From positions 1 through 64,000 of IMG/VR virus record IMGVR_UViG_3300024299_000001: 64,000 nucleotides of DNA; one strand, 5' to 3'. Source of the DNA: a virus. Position numbers and translations under genes: made by a program. Under the pieces are notes generated by a model, which did not search any database, had not been told where the DNA came from, and worked only from the letters and a program-made list of their open reading frames with translations. Of the stretch, positions 59,375 through 64,000 are shown piece after piece; within the stretch, counting starts at the first letter, position 1, and each line of letters starts with the position of its first letter.

Positions 59375-62300
59375 TTATTTACTAAAAAACATTTTTAAAT
59401 AATTAACTGGAAGTATGCTATCAACCGAGTCTACAAAGAAACTGAAAGGATTACCAAAATTTGAAAACATATTCTTTGTTACTCCTGGGATAGAATTATT
59501 AATATTATCTGCACCTATATGTGTAGATAAAAATAAAGCTGCAGCTACATCAAACGGTTTATCCATTGCATTATTTTTAATTACTTTAAGTATTCTTATC
59601 GCATATTTTGTAAAGCGTAGCAAGCCGATACTATTTAAGTATTCCACCATACGGTGGGTTGGGACTGCAAAATTAACAAATTCTTCTATTGCTTCGGCAA
59701 CTGCTTCTTCATGAGACATCTGTTCATCACCCCGGGCACTTGAAGTGTAATAATGGTACAACACGTGTCTTGCTACAAAATCGGTCATTTTAACGGCATT
59801 GTTAAGAACCTGGTATGCTTGGGTGTCTTGAGTCAGAAACGTAACCTTTCCTACGTTCTGCACGATCTGAGGTAGCTTATCTGTTAGCTTAGTAACTCCC
59901 TTCTCAAATTCACTTGGAAAATTTGAACCAGAAATAGTAGTATTAACATCATCAATAAACTGAGGCATTAGACCTGCTTCAATGGTTTTTGTTGTTGGGT
60001 TAATTTCAATAGTATTTTTAAGACGCATTATTTGGTTATCCAAGTCAAGTAATGACTGAGGAGCAGCACCTTTACGTTTAGCCAGCATTCTACGTTTTAC
60101 TTCAAGATCAGCTAATTTCTGTATATCAGCTTGGTATTTGAGTCCCATAGAGAAAGCTTCCCAAGCTGATTTAATTATAACATTAAAAGGTATTCCTTTG
60201 CTTCTAAGTACAAATAAGTTACTGCCAAAGTTATTTAATGTAACTGATAGAGACCTTACTATAATATTATTCTTAGCAAGTTTGGCCAACTCAATCATAG
60301 CCCCTTCTAAAGTATGTGCTCGGCGTACTCCTTTTACCTCTCCACCAAACAGACTCACTATGCCAATAAGAAGTCTTTCTAGTTTAGCTCTATCTTCAGG
60401 ATTCTTTGCAAAGGACTCCACTATGTTGTACTGCCGGTAACCAAAAGAAATATCTAACACGTCTTTAGGAATAAACATTGAGGGTCCGCCCCAAACTGTG
60501 TCAACAGTTTGTTTGGCTTTATCTGGCATCATATGGTATATGTCTCTTAGTTTTGGGTCAGGTGAGTTGGGCCCAATTTCTATGAAACCTCCAGGATTAC
60601 TCTGGTAATCAGCATCAAACATATCTTTTAAAAGGACAATTAGTTCTTCATTAATTATTGGTGTCCTTTCTTTATCAATTATCTGCCCAGCCATGGCACC
60701 CATGATTTTATCATACTCATTAACTTTTTCTAAAAAATTATCTTTAGTAGTTTCAGCCATCATGTATCTGTATTTTGTGGTAATTCCATTTTCATCAACT
60801 TGTGGAATCATCTGATTACTTGGTTTTAATTCAGGCTTAATATTAGGATTAGCCATATCACGAATTATCTTTGCTTTATATTTAATTATTTTAGCATTAT
60901 TCTTTTTACCTTCTTTAGTGGATATATCCATTTGCTGAGCTATTGTAAGTGGATCAGTACCTTTACCTCTGTTACCGGTATAAGAGAAAATAGTTGATAG
61001 TAAATCATTTATACGACCCGTTTGAGCAGTGTACACATAAATGTCTATATGTTTTAATGGATCTGCCTCATCCCGATCAATAGGAAATTCACTTCTACTA
61101 TAGCCTATTTGTGCAAGTTCCTCTTCTTCAGCTAAAGTACCATATTGGTAATTAGTACGGGTATTAACGATTTCTTTAGTATACCCTTTAATAAATTTAC
61201 GCTCATCTCCGTTAAAAGCTTTCTGTAAAGAGTCCTCTTTAAGAACTTGATGTAATTCAAAGAATTTATTAACTCCTTCAGGATCAGTATCAATTAATTC
61301 TTTAAATACCTGCCTGGAAGCTTTATCGGTATGTTGCAAAGCATATAGTGAACCAAGTTGATTAATTAGTTCTTCAGCCCTTAAAACCTCAGCGGCTGTT
61401 AATGGAACTGTTACATCATCTCTAGCTTTCATTTCAGCAATAACCAGGGCATTCTGAAAAACCTCTTCACCTGTTCTGCCTCTACTATGAATCATAAAAT
61501 GCCCCATGGCATCGGCTGCTTGCTTATAATAAGTTAAATGAGGCGCTAGAGCTGTATCAGTTTTAATTTGGTTAAGTACATTATTGATTGCTTTTCTTAA
61601 TTCATTTGGATCACCTAAAACTTTACTAATTCCATCCATACTAAGAGAATCTAATAAAGCAACTGTATCAGGCTTTAAACCAATTTTAGTTACTACTACT
61701 TTTTCTGCATCAGTAAGTTTGGTTTGCTTTGGATCCCGGAACTTAGTAAACAGTTTACCTGCTATACCGGAGTACTGTGCAATAGTAAATTCTTTAGCAC
61801 TGTCCAACCAAACTCCTCTTCTGTTCAGTAATTGATATATTGGGGCAAGTCGGTCAGTACGTCCTCTTAATTCTGTAACTAAAGATTTAAATAACCCATA
61901 CTCCAGTCTATCATAATCATTAGTCATCTTTCGTAGCTGATCACCAGCTAAAGAGTCTTTATCTTTATGGGTTTTAACTGCAGTCTTTAAACCTTTAACA
62001 ATTTTTAAAGGCCCTGAAGTAGCAGCTTTCTTGATATACTTATTAGAGAGATCAGCTACTTTTCTGTATTGTTGTTCAAATTTACTTTGGGTTTCAAATA
62101 ATTTATTTTTATGGTTCGAGTCTATTTTAGAAAGTAGAATGGCTAAGCGCTCTAGTTCTCGATCCATTCTTAAGTCATTTTTACTGGCATTAAATTTACT
62201 GTAAAAGAAATCAAATATCTTTTGAGCAATATTAAGAAGAGTCTGTTGGATATTACCTGCCTGAATATCTGACCAAGTACTGGTTGTATACATTCTTTCA

Positions 62301-64000
62301 GGTAGTGCTATACCAGATAAAGCTTTCAAGAAATTTTCATTAGTTAAACCAAGAATAACAAATTCAGCTAAATGGGGAGAGTGTCCTGATTCCCGGGTAA
62401 TCTTTGTTGCAGTGTCTGTTTGTTCAGATGCTTTGCGTTGAGCAGCAGTCCTGGTGTTACGAAAGATATAATTATATCTTTTCTGGGCAGCTTCAATTTC
62501 ATATTGATTTGCAGGATCATTCAACCAAGCAGCATTTACAGTTGGGTCGTTTAAAAAAGCTCTATAATCAAGCTTTCGGTAAGCCAGTTCATATAAGGTA
62601 TCCACTTGAGCACCTAATCTTGCATTAAGGCGTAAACCAGCTTCAAGTACCGGATGTAATAATTCATGGGTGTATACTTCACCAGAAGACATCCGGATAC
62701 CATTATTTAGGGCCCCAGTTATTGGGGCTGCAATTTGATTAGTCATAAAGACCTGACGAGTCTGGGATACAAATTTTCCTTCTGGTTCAGCATAAGGATT
62801 AGTTTTCATATACAGATCAACCGGCTGGAACACTGAATGTATCAAAGTCTTTAGAATTCGTTGCAGGTGATTATCATGCTGTACACTGTCTGTTACAGTG
62901 CTTTCACCCTTAATGTCATTGTAAACCTCTAATACATTCTTACTGCTTATTTCCTGAGCCCTGCCATATTTAGCTGGATCAATGGAAAGAGTGGAATCAT
63001 CTTTTGAACCAAGAGAATCGTTCGAATCTTCTTTAAGCATCTCAGCAATAAAAGCTTCTTCCAGTTCTTGTACAGAAAGATTATAATCAGCAAGAGCTTG
63101 TTGGTTAATTGTTGCTTGTGAGTACAAACCAGGCTCTGTTTTTGTTTCTACTATATTTACACCACCTATACTGGTTTGAGGAGCATTACCAGTTTTCCAT
63201 GCACCATCTCTATGAAAATAATGGTTAAAAGCAGTAACTGCATTCAGAACTCTGGCTTTATTTATTTTGGTTACTCTTACAATTTCCTTAATACCAAATT
63301 TCTTTTTACGTTTACCTTTCTCAGGAACACCATTTACTGTTTCATCCACTACTTGCTGTACTGATTTAGTCCAAGTTTTATTGTTGTAAGAAGAAACACC
63401 TTCTGTTAAACCCATTTCTTTAAAAACTTTTTGAAGTACTCTGTCTTTCTTTTCTTCTCGGGCAGGGTTTTCATTTGCGAATTCTGTAAAAGCTTCTATG
63501 GAAGTGGTAAAGGCTTCTACAATTTTTTCAGGTATACTGTCCAAAGACATATCGGTATAGAGGCTTTTATTTATAATTTGACCCATTGCGCCACCATTGG
63601 TAATGGCAACATAAAAACCATCATGAACTCCTAATACACCAACTCCCTGGTTATTGCCCATTGCTCTATTAGCAGAACTAGAATCATAATTTTGCACACT
63701 TATAATAACCGGTTTTACACTGGGATCTCCTAGTGTACTGAGTTTCTTTGCTCTATTATGCATTGGCTGGTAATGTACATTACTACCATCTGGTTGATAA
63801 GACTGAGTAGAGGTTCCTTCTACAGCAGTAGTATATTCAAGATTTGTAGCAAATTCAGCTAAAGGAACTTTCCCACCTAAAGAAGATTTTAAAACAGGAA
63901 AGATTTTCTTTATTCTATCACGAATTTGTTGTAACTGCTCTTGGGTCATTACACTACCAAATTTAGCAACATGCTCTTGAACTAACATTTTCTGCGCAGC
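59375..64000 (-). CDS. C-terminal 1541 or more codons of a giant virion-type protein; reading frame open to the right window edge
   Basis: There is no stop in the 12 nt upstream of the first Met and no RBS before it. HELLH is encoded at 62654..62668, and GVLGVHDGFYV lies near the window edge. Confidence 0.8.
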   Translation of the reverse strand, partial: AAQKMLVQEHVAKFGSVMTQEQLQQIRDRIKKIFPVLKSSLGGKVPLAEFATNLEYTTAVEGTSTQSYQPDGSNVHYQPMHNRAKKLSTLGDPSVKPVIISVQNYDSSSANRAMGNNQGVGVLGVHDGFYVAITNGGAMGQIINKSLYTDMSLDSIPEKIVEAFTTSIEAFTEFANENPAREEKKDRVLQKVFKEMGLTEGVSSYNNKTWTKSVQQVVDETVNGVPEKGKRKKKFGIKEIVRVTKINKARVLNAVTAFNHYFHRDGAWKTGNAPQTSIGGVNIVETKTEPGLYSQATINQQALADYNLSVQELEEAFIAEMLKEDSNDSLGSKDDSTLSIDPAKYGRAQEISSKNVLEVYNDIKGESTVTDSVQHDNHLQRILKTLIHSVFQPVDLYMKTNPYAEPEGKFVSQTRQVFMTNQIAAPITGALNNGIRMSSGEVYTHELLHPVLEAGLRLNARLGAQVDTLYELAYRKLDYRAFLNDPTVNAAWLNDPANQYEIEAAQKRYNYIFRNTRTAAQRKASEQTDTATKITRESGHSPHLAEFVILGLTNENFLKALSGIALPERMYTTSTWSDIQAGNIQQTLLNIAQKIFDFFYSKFNASKNDLRMDRELERLAILLSKIDSNHKNKLFETQSKFEQQYRKVADLSNKYIKKAATSGPLKIVKGLKTAVKTHKDKDSLAGDQLRKMTNDYDRLEYGLFKSLVTELRGRTDRLAPIYQLLNRRGVWLDSAKEFTIAQYSGIAGKLFTKFRDPKQTKLTDAEKVVVTKIGLKPDTVALLDSLSMDGISKVLGDPNELRKAINNVLNQIKTDTALAPHLTYYKQAADAMGHFMIHSRGRTGEEVFQNALVIAEMKARDDVTVPLTAAEVLRAEELINQLGSLYALQHTDKASRQVFKELIDTDPEGVNKFFELHQVLKEDSLQKAFNGDERKFIKGYTKEIVNTRTNYQYGTLAEEEELAQIGYSRSEFPIDRDEADPLKHIDIYVYTAQTGRINDLLSTIFSYTGNRGKGTDPLTIAQQMDISTKEGKKNNAKIIKYKAKIIRDMANPNIKPELKPSNQMIPQVDENGITTKYRYMMAETTKDNFLEKVNEYDKIMGAMAGQIIDKERTPIINEELIVLLKDMFDADYQSNPGGFIEIGPNSPDPKLRDIYHMMPDKAKQTVDTVWGGPSMFIPKDVLDISFGYRQYNIVESFAKNPEDRAKLERLLIGIVSLFGGEVKGVRRAHTLEGAMIELAKLAKNNIIVRSLSVTLNNFGSNLFVLRSKGIPFNVIIKSAWEAFSMGLKYQADIQKLADLEVKRRMLAKRKGAAPQSLLDLDNQIMRLKNTIEINPTTKTIEAGLMPQFIDDVNTTISGSNFPSEFEKGVTKLTDKLPQIVQNVGKVTFLTQDTQAYQVLNNAVKMTDFVARHVLYHYYTSSARGDEQMSHEEAVAEAIEEFVNFAVPTHRMVEYLNSIGLLRFTKYAIRILKVIKNNAMDKPFDVAAALFLSTHIGADNINNSIPGVTKNMFSNFGNPFSFFVDSVDSILPVNYLKMFFSK

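Noticed and set aside
1-64000. tRNA or rRNA genes, integrase, repressor or att sites, and a reverse transcriptase for a DGR acting on the fibre genes
   Set aside because: I found no cloverleaf-like sequences with a conserved T-loop. I found no tyrosine or serine recombinase motifs and no RT (YxDD) ORF. The fibre similarity involves whole-domain identity rather than adenine-specific variation. A tRNA scan and profile search would be needed to be certain.

Overview
The window is a contiguous piece of a tailed dsDNA phage genome, not bacterial chromosome. There are two divergent transcription arms. They start at a repeat-rich, extremely AT-rich control region (about 15.3-16.1 kb) and converge at about 39.82 kb.

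The minus strand carries one long late or structural unit in two blocks. Block 15279->1 holds small and large terminase, portal, scaffold, an inserted endonuclease-VII-type HNH gene, major capsid protein, two paralogous head-associated proteins, adaptor- and nozzle-like proteins, and tail fibre set A. Block 64000->39847 holds a giant ORF open at the right edge, tail fibre set B, ejection or internal-virion-like proteins including a 3275-aa giant, and a lysis cassette.

The plus strand (16.1-39.8 kb) carries early small genes and a replication and nucleotide-metabolism module:
- prim-pol/VirE-type primase-helicase
- DUF2800-type PD-(D/E)XK nuclease
- DUF2815-type SSB
- family A DNA polymerase
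- ThyX
- MazG-like NTP-PPase
- VRR-NUC nuclease
- ATP-dependent DNA ligase
- SNF2 helicase
- dCMP deaminase

I saw no tube, sheath, integrase, repressor, tRNA or rRNA, so I infer a virulent, podovirus-like phage.

The parts I consider most worth follow-up:
1. A duplicated three-gene receptor-binding cassette. Nearly identical flanking arms surround completely different distal tips: a lectin-type tip and a glycine-rich tip.
2. Two giant virion-type proteins, one of 3275 aa and one of at least 1537 aa. Both carry HExxH motifs, and they carry ART-like and palm-like motifs respectively.
3. An unusually modular regulatory layer: six near-consensus extended -10 promoters (four inside a roughly 90-bp conserved cassette), four paralogous winged-helix proteins, three identical hairpin+RBS modules, two iteron-like arrays, and a crossing (pseudoknot-topology) inverted repeat.

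All functional calls rest on motif recognition by eye and on gene order. No database search or numeric composition analysis was possible.
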